From positions 5,004-69,003 of the forward strand of contig JBNGCW010000013.1 of assembly GCA_049975525.1 (NCBI GenBank): a stretch of 64,000 bases of DNA, read 5' to 3'. Of this stretch, positions 1 to 8,244 are shown piece after piece; within the stretch, counting starts at the first letter, position 1, and every line of letters starts with the position of its first letter. The position numbers and the translations under genes were made by a program. The notes beneath the pieces were generated by a model that was given only the letters and a program-made list of their open reading frames with translations, was not told where the DNA came from and ran no database searches. The DNA is from Anaerolineae bacterium. Lineage in GTDB: Bacteria; Chloroflexota; Anaerolineae; B4-G1; SLSP01.

Positions 1-1
1 C

Positions 2-769
2 CTCTACCGCACCCGCGACGGCAAGCCTGCGCTGGCGCCCTTCGCCGACGTGAAGCCGGAGATGCAACAGCGCATCACCTACGTGCTCGGCGGACGCTAT
101 GAGGCGCTGCGCCTCTGGCTGGCGGGCTACGCCGCCGATCCCGTGAAGGAGCTGGATCACTTCCTGGCAGGGCTCTTCGGTGAGATACTCTCGCAGCCCG
201 GCTTCGGCTTCCACGACGACTTCGACGCCGCCCGCGTCGCCTCGAACCTCATCGAGTCGGTGCAGAAGTTTCGAAGGATCGCTCCACAGCGTGAGGATGG
301 CGAGGAGCCGTTACCGTGGGGCGAGAAATCCATGGGCCAGGAGTACGTGGAGATGGTGGACGCCGGCGTCGTCGCCGCGCAGTACGTCCGCAACTGGGAG
401 GTGGAAGTCGAGGACGCGGTGCTGCTGGCGCCCGCTTACACCTTCCTCATGGGCAACCGCCCCGTCGATTACCAGTTCTGGCTCAACGTCGGCGGGCGCG
501 GCTGGTGGGAGCGGCTCTACCAGCCGCTGACCCAGCCCTACGTGCTCAGCCGCCGCTGGGATCGCACCGCGCAGTGGACCGATGCCGACGAGGTGGCGAC
601 CCGCCGCGAAACACTCGACCGACTGACCCAGGGCCTGATCCGCCGCTGTCGCAAGGGCATCTTCCTGAGCTTCAGCGAGCTGAGCGAGGGCGGCTTCGAG
701 CAGCGCGGCCCGCTGCTGCAAGCGATACAGCGCGTTCTGAGAAACCTGAGTAAACAGAAAAGCAGTTGA
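2..769 (+). CDS. 3' part of a larger gene entering from upstream of the window; product unknown (possibly a partner subunit of the downstream helicase/nuclease genes)
   Basis: Frame 2 is open from the window edge to the stop at 767-769. Third positions are GC-rich like the neighbours. No catalytic motif recognised in the 255 aa visible. Confidence 0.5.
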   Translation, partial: LYRTRDGKPALAPFADVKPEMQQRITYVLGGRYEALRLWLAGYAADPVKELDHFLAGLFGEILSQPGFGFHDDFDAARVASNLIESVQKFRRIAPQREDGEEPLPWGEKSMGQEYVEMVDAGVVAAQYVRNWEVEVEDAVLLAPAYTFLMGNRPVDYQFWLNVGGRGWWERLYQPLTQPYVLSRRWDRTAQWTDADEVATRRETLDRLTQGLIRRCRKGIFLSFSELSEGGFEQRGPLLQAIQRVLRNLSKQKSS

Positions 770-809
770 CTTATGACTGTGTTTCACACATTCTAATGAG
801 GAGATCACC

Positions 810-2516
810 ATGCCCAACATCCGATTCGACACGTTTTACCGTTACGAAGACCTCACCCGCATCCTGCACGCCTACGCGGAGGAGCACCCCGACCTCGTCC
901 GGATCGAGAGCATCGGTCAGAGCTACGAGGGCCGCGACGTCTGGCTGCTGACCGTCACCAACGCGGAGACCGGCCCCGCCGAAGAAAAGCCCGCGCTCTG
1001 GGTGGATGGCAACATCCACGCCACCGAGCTCTCCGCCTCGACAGCGTGCCTCTATCTACTCGACCATCTGGTCACGGCCTACGGCGACGACGCCGAGGTC
1101 ACCCGCTGCCTGGACACGCGCGCTTTTTACATCTGCCCGCGCGTCAACCCCGACGGCGCGGAGCTGGCGCTGGCCGACAAGCCCAAGTACATCCGTTCCA
1201 GCACGCGCCCCTATCCCTACGACGAGGAGCCTGTCGAAGGCCTGGTGGAGGAAGACATCGACGGGGACGGGCGCATTCTCACGCTGCGTATCCCCGACCC
1301 CAACGGCGCATGGAAGGTCTCACCGGAGGATCCCCGCCTGATGGTGCGCCGCGATCCCACGGAGAGCGGCGGCGAGTACTACCGCCTGCTGCCGGAGGGC
1401 AGCGTGAAGCACTACGACGGCGTGACGCTGGAGATCCAGCCTAAGAAGGAGCAGCTCGATCTCAACCGCAACTTCCCCGAGCACTGGCGCCAGGAGTACC
1501 AACAAAAGGGCGCAGGCCCCTACCCCACCTCGGAGCCAGAGGTGCACAACGTGGTACACTTCATCACCGAGCACCCCAACATCACCGGCGGCGTCGCCTT
1601 CCACACCTACAGCGGCGTGCTGCTGCGACCCTACGACGACCGCCCCGACGAGGAGTTCCTCGCCGAGGATCTCTGGACCTTTGAGAAGATCGGCGCCAGG
1701 GGCACCGAGGTCACCGGCTATCCTCATATCTCCGTCTACCACGATTTTCGCTACCACCCCAATAAAGTCATCACCGGCGGCTTCGACACCTGGCTCTACG
1801 AGCATCTGGGCATGTTCGCCTGGACGGTGGAGATCTGGAGCCCACAGCGGCAGGCCGGCATCGAGGACTACAAGTTCATCGACTGGTTTCGCGAGCACCC
1901 GGTGGAAGACGATCTGGCCCTGCTCAAGTGGAGCGACGAGGCGCTGGACGGCAAGGGCTACGTGGATTGGTACCCCTTTGAGCACCCACAGCTGGGGAAG
2001 GTGGAGCTGGGCGGCTGGGACACGAACTACGCCTTCCGCAACCCGCCACCGCCCTTCCTGGAGGAGGAGGTCGCCCGTTTCCCCAAATGGCTGATCTGGC
2101 ACCTGCTCATCTCGCCGCGCCTGGAGCTCTACGAAGCCGATATCAAGCCGCTGGGTGACGACGTCTATCGCGTCCGCCTGGTGGTGCACAACACCGGTTG
2201 GTTGCCCACCTACGTGACCAAGAAGGCGTTGGAGAAGAAGGTCGTGCGCGGCGTCGTCTGCGAGATCGAACTTCCGGAGGGCGCCACGCTGGAAAGCGGC
2301 AAGCTGCGCGAAGAGTACGGTCAGCTGGAAGGTCGCGCCTACACCAAGGCCTTCCCCAACCGCACCGACGCCACCAAAGACCGGCTCAAAGTGACCTGGA
2401 CGGTGCACGCGCCGAAAGGCGGCGCAATCAAACTCACCGCCCGCCATCCGCGCGCCGGTACCCTCTCCACAACTTTGACGTTGGAGACATCAGACCTCAC
2501 GAGTCAGAAATCATGA
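810..2516 (+). CDS. M14-family zinc carboxypeptidase, no signal peptide (cytosolic type)
   Basis: HxxE zinc motif in WVDGNIHATELS. Later zinc His in GGVAFHTYSG. N-terminal YEGRDVWLLTVTN is typical of M14. AGGAG-like RBS (aggagatcacc) before the ATG at 810. Confidence 0.85.
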   Translation: MPNIRFDTFYRYEDLTRILHAYAEEHPDLVRIESIGQSYEGRDVWLLTVTNAETGPAEEKPALWVDGNIHATELSASTACLYLLDHLVTAYGDDAEVTRCLDTRAFYICPRVNPDGAELALADKPKYIRSSTRPYPYDEEPVEGLVEEDIDGDGRILTLRIPDPNGAWKVSPEDPRLMVRRDPTESGGEYYRLLPEGSVKHYDGVTLEIQPKKEQLDLNRNFPEHWRQEYQQKGAGPYPTSEPEVHNVVHFITEHPNITGGVAFHTYSGVLLRPYDDRPDEEFLAEDLWTFEKIGARGTEVTGYPHISVYHDFRYHPNKVITGGFDTWLYEHLGMFAWTVEIWSPQRQAGIEDYKFIDWFREHPVEDDLALLKWSDEALDGKGYVDWYPFEHPQLGKVELGGWDTNYAFRNPPPPFLEEEVARFPKWLIWHLLISPRLELYEADIKPLGDDVYRVRLVVHNTGWLPTYVTKKALEKKVVRGVVCEIELPEGATLESGKLREEYGQLEGRAYTKAFPNRTDATKDRLKVTWTVHAPKGGAIKLTARHPRAGTLSTTLTLETSDLTSQKS

Positions 2517-2541
2517 GTCACGAACGGAGAAGTCTAATTCC

Positions 2542-4818
2542 ATGACCATCACCTTTCGTCCGCGCCCCAAGCAAGCCAGCGTCCTCGCCTACCGGGGAGG
2601 AAAGATGGGCGTCTCCGCCGTGCCGGGCAGCGGCAAGACGTGGACGCTCTCGCTGCTGGCAGCGGAGCTCGTGGCGCGCGGCGAGATGGCCGACACGCAG
2701 GAGGTGCTGGTCGTCACGCTGGTCAACTCCGCCGTGGACAACTTCGCCGCGCGGGTAGGACGTTTCGTCGAAGAGCGCGGGCTGCTGCGCGGCGTCGGTT
2801 ACCGCGTGCGCACGCTGCACGGCCTCTGCCATGACATCGTGCGGGAGCGCCCGGCGCTGGCGGGCCTCTCCGACGACTTCGACATCATCGACGAGCGGGC
2901 AGCCAATGAGATGCTGCGGGACGCCGCCGAGGCCTGGATGCGCGATCATCCCTACGCCCTGGACGACTACCTGGCGCCGGAGCTGGACGAACGCAAAGCG
3001 GACTGGGTGCGGCGTGATCAGCTGCCCGATTGGGTGGGCAACGTGGCGCTGAGCTTTATCACGCTGGCCAAGGATCTGCAGCTGACGCCTCCGGAACTGC
3101 GCTACTTCCTCGATCAGTTCCCGGAACCGCTGCCGCTGCTGGAGATGGGATACACTATCTACGCCGACTACCAGCGCGCGCTGGCCTATCGCGGCGCCGT
3201 GGACTTCAACGACCTGATCCGCCTGGCGCTGCAAGCGCTGCAGCTGGACCCCGAGTTCCTGGCGCGGCTGCGCCACCGCTGGCCTTACATTCTGGAGGAC
3301 GAGGCCCAGGACAGCAGCCGTCTGCAGGAGGAGCTCCTGCGGCTGCTTTCTGGGCCGGAGGGCAACTGGGTGCGCGTCGGCGACCCCAATCAGGCCATCT
3401 ACGAGACCTTCACCACCGCCAGCCCCAAGCACCTGCGCGACTTCCGCCGTCAGCCCGACGTGGTGGCGCTGGATCTGCCCAACTCCGGGCGCTCCATGCA
3501 GAGCATCATAGATCTGGCAAACTATCTCATCGATTGGACGCGGGAGGCGCACCCCGTCCCCGAGGTGCGCGATGCGCTGGCGCCGCCCTACATCGTGCCG
3601 ACCCCGTCCGGCGACCCGCAGCCCAATCCGCCGGATCAGCCGGAGAACCTGCAGATCATCGGGCGCCGCTTCTCGCCGCAGGCCGAGCTCAAGGCCGTCG
3701 CCGATTCGCTGGAAGCCTGGCTGCCCGAGCACCCTGAGTCGACGGTGGCGGTGTTGGTGCCGCGCAATGTGCGCGGTTTTGAGCTGGCAACCCTCCTCAA
3801 GCAGCGGGAGATCCCCCACGTGGAGCTGTTGCGCAGCACACGGACCACGCGGGAGACGGCGGGCGCGTTGGCCAACGTCGTCAACTACCTCGCCGATCCT
3901 ACGTCGCCGCCCAAACTCTCCACCGTCTACCGCGTCTGGCGGCGCGCCGACCGCGACGACGAGGAGCGCAGCAAGCAGCTGCAGTGGGTCGCCAAACGAC
4001 TGCGCAAGCTGCGGCGTGTGGAGGACTTCCTCTGGCCCCGCGCCGACCGCGACTGGCTCGACGAGACGGGCTGGGAGATCGAGGCGCCCGCACTACACGC
4101 CCAACTGGTCGAGTTCCGGCAGCTGGTGCGCCGCTGGCAGGCCGCCACATCCCTGCCCATCGATCAGCTGCTGCTCACGCTGGCCCAGGACCTTTTCACG
4201 AAACCCGCCGATCTGGCGGTGGCGCACAAACTCGCCGGCGTCCTGCGCCACTACGCCGACCTGCACCCGGAGGCACGGCTGCCCCAGTTAACCCAGGAGT
4301 TAGCCGTGGTGGCACGCAACGAGCGCAAGTTCCTGGGCCTCAGCGAGGACGACACCGGCTTCGACCCGGAGTCCTACAAAGGTCAGGTCGTCATCTCCAC
4401 GGTGCACAAAGCCAAGGGGCTGGAGTGGGACAAGGTCTACCTGATCTCCGTCAACGACTACAACTTCCCCTCGGCGCTGCCCGGAGACCGATACATTTCA
4501 GAGAAGTGGTTCCTGCGCGACAATCTCAATCTGGAGGCAGAGATGCTGGCGCAGCTGCGCGCGCTCCACGAGAACCCGGAGCTCTTCCCCTACGCCGAGG
4601 GCCGCCCGACGCAGAAAGCGCGTTGGGACTACGCCGCCGAGCGGCTGCGGCTGCTCTACGTCGGCATCACCCGCGCCAAACGGGCACTGGTCGTCACCTG
4701 GAACACGGGCCGGCGCGGCGAGGCCCAGCCGGCGGCGCCCTTCATCGCGTTGCAGACGTGGTGGGAGGAGGGGCAAAACGTGATGCGTGAGGAACGACCT
4801 ATAACTTCCAACTCATGA
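2542..4818 (+). CDS. UvrD/Rep/PcrA-type superfamily 1 DNA helicase
   Basis: Walker A AVPGSGKTWTL, DEAQD box (ILEDEAQDSS), LPNSGRS, C-terminal VHKAKGLEWDKVYL and YVGITRAKRAL motifs. Confidence 0.9.
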   Translation: MTITFRPRPKQASVLAYRGGKMGVSAVPGSGKTWTLSLLAAELVARGEMADTQEVLVVTLVNSAVDNFAARVGRFVEERGLLRGVGYRVRTLHGLCHDIVRERPALAGLSDDFDIIDERAANEMLRDAAEAWMRDHPYALDDYLAPELDERKADWVRRDQLPDWVGNVALSFITLAKDLQLTPPELRYFLDQFPEPLPLLEMGYTIYADYQRALAYRGAVDFNDLIRLALQALQLDPEFLARLRHRWPYILEDEAQDSSRLQEELLRLLSGPEGNWVRVGDPNQAIYETFTTASPKHLRDFRRQPDVVALDLPNSGRSMQSIIDLANYLIDWTREAHPVPEVRDALAPPYIVPTPSGDPQPNPPDQPENLQIIGRRFSPQAELKAVADSLEAWLPEHPESTVAVLVPRNVRGFELATLLKQREIPHVELLRSTRTTRETAGALANVVNYLADPTSPPKLSTVYRVWRRADRDDEERSKQLQWVAKRLRKLRRVEDFLWPRADRDWLDETGWEIEAPALHAQLVEFRQLVRRWQAATSLPIDQLLLTLAQDLFTKPADLAVAHKLAGVLRHYADLHPEARLPQLTQELAVVARNERKFLGLSEDDTGFDPESYKGQVVISTVHKAKGLEWDKVYLISVNDYNFPSALPGDRYISEKWFLRDNLNLEAEMLAQLRALHENPELFPYAEGRPTQKARWDYAAERLRLLYVGITRAKRALVVTWNTGRRGEAQPAAPFIALQTWWEEGQNVMREERPITSNS

Positions 4819-4920
4819 CTGATGAGAGGTGAAGCATGAAGAAATCTCCATTGGTTGATTGGCTTGGCCCGGTTGTAGAGTTGCTCAAAGGCCTGCGGAA
4901 CGAGTTCCTGATTCTCACCG

Positions 4921-4929
4921 TGGTACAAT
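4921..4929 (+). promoter_or_regulatory. Possible extended -10 promoter (TGgTACAAT) for the nuclease gene
   Basis: TGGTACAAT at 4921-4929, 73 nt upstream of the ATG at 5002. No convincing -35 seen. Confidence 0.3.
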
Positions 4930-4949
4930 ATGCGTGTTGCGCGAAACGC

Positions 4950-4984
4950 GACTTCTGACTTCTGACTTTTGACTCCTGACTCAT
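4950..4984. repeat. Tandem heptamer repeat, 5 units (GACTTCT GACTTCT GACTTTT GACTCCT GACTCAT)
   Basis: Read directly from the sequence. It lies between the helicase stop (4818) and the nuclease start (5002). Confidence 0.9.
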
Positions 4985-5001
4985 GAAAAAAAGAGGCTTC
5001 T

Positions 5002-5826
5002 ATGCTCCCCGATGACTTCCAATTCAGCCAGGCGTCGCTGCAGGATTACGCCGACTGTCCGCGACGCTTTTATCTGCGCTATCTGCGCCGGGTGATGTGG
5101 CCCGCCGTGGAGGCGGAGCCGGCGCTCACGCACGAGCGGCACATGCAGCGCGCGCTGGACTTCCACCGCATGGTGCACCAGCACCTGCTGGGCGTCTCCG
5201 AGGCGCGGCTCACGGCCCAGGCCGGCGAGGGGGATCTCCGCACGTGGTGGGATAATTATCTCGCTGCGCGTCCGGCCGACGTGGAAGGCGAGCACTTCCC
5301 CGAGCTGACGCTCTCCGCGCCGCTGGTAGGGTATCGCCTCATCGCCCAGTACGACCTCGTGGTGCTGGCGCCGGACGGGCGCGCCCTGATCTTCGACTGG
5401 AAGACGTCGCGCAAGCGCACCTCGCGCCGCTGGCTGGCGGAGCGGCTGCAGACGCGCGTCTACCGCTATCTGCTCCTCAAGGCGGGCGGACACTTGCGCG
5501 AAACGCCCATCGATCCGGCTGCGGTGACCATGATTTACTGGTTCGCCAACTTCCCCGACGAGCCGGAGCGGCTGCCCTACGACGCGACACAACTCGCCGC
5601 CGATGAGCGCTTCCTGCAGCAGATGGTCGCCGAGATCCGCGTGCGCCGCGACGAGGCCGAATTCCCCCTCACCGCCGACGAGCGGCGCTGCCGCTTCTGC
5701 CCCTACCGCTCCCTCTGCGACCGGGGGCAGAAGGCTGGCGACTTCGAGGCCATGGAAGAGACGGAGCCGGAGCCCGTCGGCGCCTTCGACCTCGACTTCG
5801 ATCAGGTGGCGGAGGTGGAGTTCTAG
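5002..5826 (+). CDS. PD-(D/E)XK nuclease with Cas4/AddB-type Fe-S cluster cysteines
   Basis: N-terminal Cys in YADCPRRFYLRYL, (D/E)xK in LIFDWKTS, C-terminal CRFCPYRSLC (CxxCx5C). RBS aagagg before the ATG. Confidence 0.8.
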   Translation: MLPDDFQFSQASLQDYADCPRRFYLRYLRRVMWPAVEAEPALTHERHMQRALDFHRMVHQHLLGVSEARLTAQAGEGDLRTWWDNYLAARPADVEGEHFPELTLSAPLVGYRLIAQYDLVVLAPDGRALIFDWKTSRKRTSRRWLAERLQTRVYRYLLLKAGGHLRETPIDPAAVTMIYWFANFPDEPERLPYDATQLAADERFLQQMVAEIRVRRDEAEFPLTADERRCRFCPYRSLCDRGQKAGDFEAMEETEPEPVGAFDLDFDQVAEVEF

Positions 5827-5905
5827 TCAACGGAACATGATGTGTGTGCCCCTGGGATCAGCATCCAATTATATCAAACAGCACACCCGACCAAAGGAGC
5901 CGGAC

Positions 5906-8212
5906 ATGCAACCCTGGCACGACCCTGAATCCGTAAAGGTCCCCGACGCGCTGCGCGAGTACATCGGCGGACATCCTCTGGTGGCAGAGACGCTGGTCCG
6001 GCGGGGCATCACCACCGTCGAGGCAGCGCGGGCTTTCCTCGACCCCGACGCCTACGAGCCGACGCCGCCGGAGGCACTGCCCGATCTGACGCGGGCCGCC
6101 GAGCGCATTGAAGCGGCCATCCGCCGGGGGGAGCGCGTTCTGGTCTGGGGCGACTTCGACGTCGATGGGCAGACCTCGACATCGCTCCTGGTCGCCACGC
6201 TGCGCGACCTGGGCGCCGACGTCGCCTACCACATCCCCGTGCGGGCGACGGAGTCCCACGGCATCAAGGTGCCCTATCTGGCGACGGAGCTCGACGCGGG
6301 CATCGACGTGGTGCTCACCTGCGACACGGGCGTCGGCGAGCACGAGGCGGTGACCTACGCCAACGCCCACGGCGTCGACGTGGTCATCACCGACCACCAC
6401 GAGCTGCCGGAAGGCCCGCTGCCGGAGGCCGTCGCCGTTGTCAACCCACACCGCCTGCCCGACAACCATCCCCTGGCGACGCTGCCGGGCGTCGGCGTGG
6501 CCTACAAGCTGGCCGAGGCGCTCTACGCGCGCGCCGGCCGGCCCGAGGCCGTGGAGGCGTACCTGGACCTGGTGGCGCTGGGCATCGTGGCCGACGTCGC
6601 CACGCAGACGGGCGAGACGCGCTACTTGCTCCAGCGGGGCATGGAGGCACTGCGCCGCACGGAGCGCGTGGGCTTGCGGGCACTGATGCAGACGGCGCGC
6701 GTCAACCCGAGTGCGTTGAACACCGAAGATATCGGCTTCAGGCTTGGGCCGCGCCTCAACGCCCTGGGGCGGTTGGACGACGCCAACGTGATCGTGGAGT
6801 TCCTCACCACCGACGATCTGAGTCGGGCACGCATGATCGCGACGCAGCTGGAGCGGCTCAACGCGCAGCGCCAGCGTCTCTGTGACGCGGTGGAAGCGGG
6901 CGCCGAAGCGCAGCTGGCCCGCGATCCCGCGCTGTTGGAGCACGCCGCGCTGGTGCTGGCGAACCCCAACTGGCACCCGGGCGTCATCGGCATCGTCGCC
7001 AGCCGCCTTACGGAGCGCTACAACCGCCCCACCGTGCTCTTCCACGCGCCGGAGGCGGGCGTGGCGCGCGGCTCCGCGCGCTCCATCGCGGGCTGTCACA
7101 TCCGTGACGCCATCGCCACCCAGGCCGAGCTGCTGGAGGGCTTCGGCGGACACGCGGGCGCGGCGGGCCTGGCCCTGCCGACGGAGCGGATCGACGTCTT
7201 CCGCGTGGGCCTTTCACGGGCGGTACGGGCACAGATCGGGGAGCAGCCGCCGCGTCCCACGCTGCACATCGCAGGCTACGTGCCGCTGGCGGCGCTCTCG
7301 CCGGAGCTGGTGGACGATATCGAGCGCCTGGCACCCTTCGGCGAGGGCAACCCGCTGCCCGTGCTGGCGACGTCCGCTCTCACCGTCGCCCGCCACACGC
7401 AGATCGGACGCAAGCAGAACCACCTCAAAGTGTGGGTTCAGAACGCCAAAGGCGTGACGCAGGAGGTGCTCTGGTGGCGGGCCGCGCCGGAGGACCTGCC
7501 GGAGGGCCGCTTCGATCTGGCCTACACCGTGCGCACCAACACCTTCCACGGTGAGCGCCGCCTGCAGATCACCTGGCGGGACGCGCGCCCGGTGGTCCCC
7601 GAGATTGTCGCGCCGCCGCCCAGAAAGCCGAAAGTCATTGACTACCGCCGCGAGCCGCACCCCGAGACACTGCTGCAGCCGCTGCTGAACGCGCCGGATG
7701 TGGTGATCTGGGCCGAGGCCGGGCACCGCAAACTGGGCGTGACGCGCGAGGCGCTCTGTGCGGCCGATCACCTGGTCATCTGGACGACACCGCCCGGCCC
7801 CGAGGTGCTGGACACCGTGCGGGCGAAAGTGAATCCCCAGACGATCACCCTCTTCTGCGTCGATCCGGGGCTGGACGCGACCTCGGCCTTCGTGACCCGC
7901 TTCGTCGGCCTGATCAAATACGCGCTGCGGCACTATGACGGAGAGGTTGCAGTATCCAGGTTGACCGCGGCCATGGCCCATCGGGAGGCCACCGTGCGCA
8001 AAGCACTGGCCTGGCTCGTCGCGCGGGGCGACGTGGCGGTGGAGCGCCGAGACGCGGAAACGTGGACCCTGCGCCGCGCCGAGGGAGACGGCGATCTGGC
8101 CCGCGCGGCCAACCTCGCCGCCGAACTCACCGCCCTGCTGATGGAGACGGCGGCGTATCGCAAACACCTGCGCCGCGTGGACATGAAGGCGTTGTGGACG
8201 GCGGCGGATTGA
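5906..8212 (+). CDS. recJ: Single-stranded-DNA-specific exonuclease RecJ
   Basis: DHH-family motifs DFDVDGQTS, TCDTG, VITDHHE. DHHA1 GGHAGAAG. Start chosen at ATG 5906 (MQPWHDPE...), preceded by aaaggag. The ORF-track extension from 5603 overlaps the nuclease gene and is Arg/Ser/Pro-rich. Confidence 0.9.
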   Translation: MQPWHDPESVKVPDALREYIGGHPLVAETLVRRGITTVEAARAFLDPDAYEPTPPEALPDLTRAAERIEAAIRRGERVLVWGDFDVDGQTSTSLLVATLRDLGADVAYHIPVRATESHGIKVPYLATELDAGIDVVLTCDTGVGEHEAVTYANAHGVDVVITDHHELPEGPLPEAVAVVNPHRLPDNHPLATLPGVGVAYKLAEALYARAGRPEAVEAYLDLVALGIVADVATQTGETRYLLQRGMEALRRTERVGLRALMQTARVNPSALNTEDIGFRLGPRLNALGRLDDANVIVEFLTTDDLSRARMIATQLERLNAQRQRLCDAVEAGAEAQLARDPALLEHAALVLANPNWHPGVIGIVASRLTERYNRPTVLFHAPEAGVARGSARSIAGCHIRDAIATQAELLEGFGGHAGAAGLALPTERIDVFRVGLSRAVRAQIGEQPPRPTLHIAGYVPLAALSPELVDDIERLAPFGEGNPLPVLATSALTVARHTQIGRKQNHLKVWVQNAKGVTQEVLWWRAAPEDLPEGRFDLAYTVRTNTFHGERRLQITWRDARPVVPEIVAPPPRKPKVIDYRREPHPETLLQPLLNAPDVVIWAEAGHRKLGVTREALCAADHLVIWTTPPGPEVLDTVRAKVNPQTITLFCVDPGLDATSAFVTRFVGLIKYALRHYDGEVAVSRLTAAMAHREATVRKALAWLVARGDVAVERRDAETWTLRRAEGDGDLARAANLAAELTALLMETAAYRKHLRRVDMKALWTAAD

Positions 8213-8244
8213 ACGGAGGGAGCGATGGAGGGGGAAAACGGGGT

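Noticed and set aside
1320-2447. 375-aa minus-strand ORF antisense to the M14 peptidase gene. The same class of long shadow ORFs occurs at 2518-3819, 5858-7153, 7214-8254, 16405-17568, 18941-19837, 21170-22006, 28297-29481 and 29532-30269.
   Set aside because: They lie entirely inside well-supported genes on the other strand. They are rich in Arg, Ala, Gly, Val and His, as expected for antisense frames of high-GC DNA. They lack RBSs and recognisable motifs.
4836-4958. 40-aa ORF (MKKSPLVDWLGPVVELLKGLRNEFLILTVVQYACCAKRDF) with a GAGGTG RBS between the helicase and nuclease genes.
   Set aside because: Its third-position usage is AT-rich, unlike every confident gene nearby. It has no recognisable motif and overlaps the predicted promoter and the heptamer repeat. 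It cannot be supported from sequence alone.
5603-5905. N-terminal extensions offered by the ORF track: recJ from 5603, kinase from 8062, USP from 17837, glmU-like from 25475, metalloprotease from 27436, murI from 29361, epimerase to 52538, DegT to 51471.
   Set aside because: The extensions overlap the preceding genes, are low-complexity, and skip internal start codons that have good Shine-Dalgarno sequences and coincide with the start of family homology.
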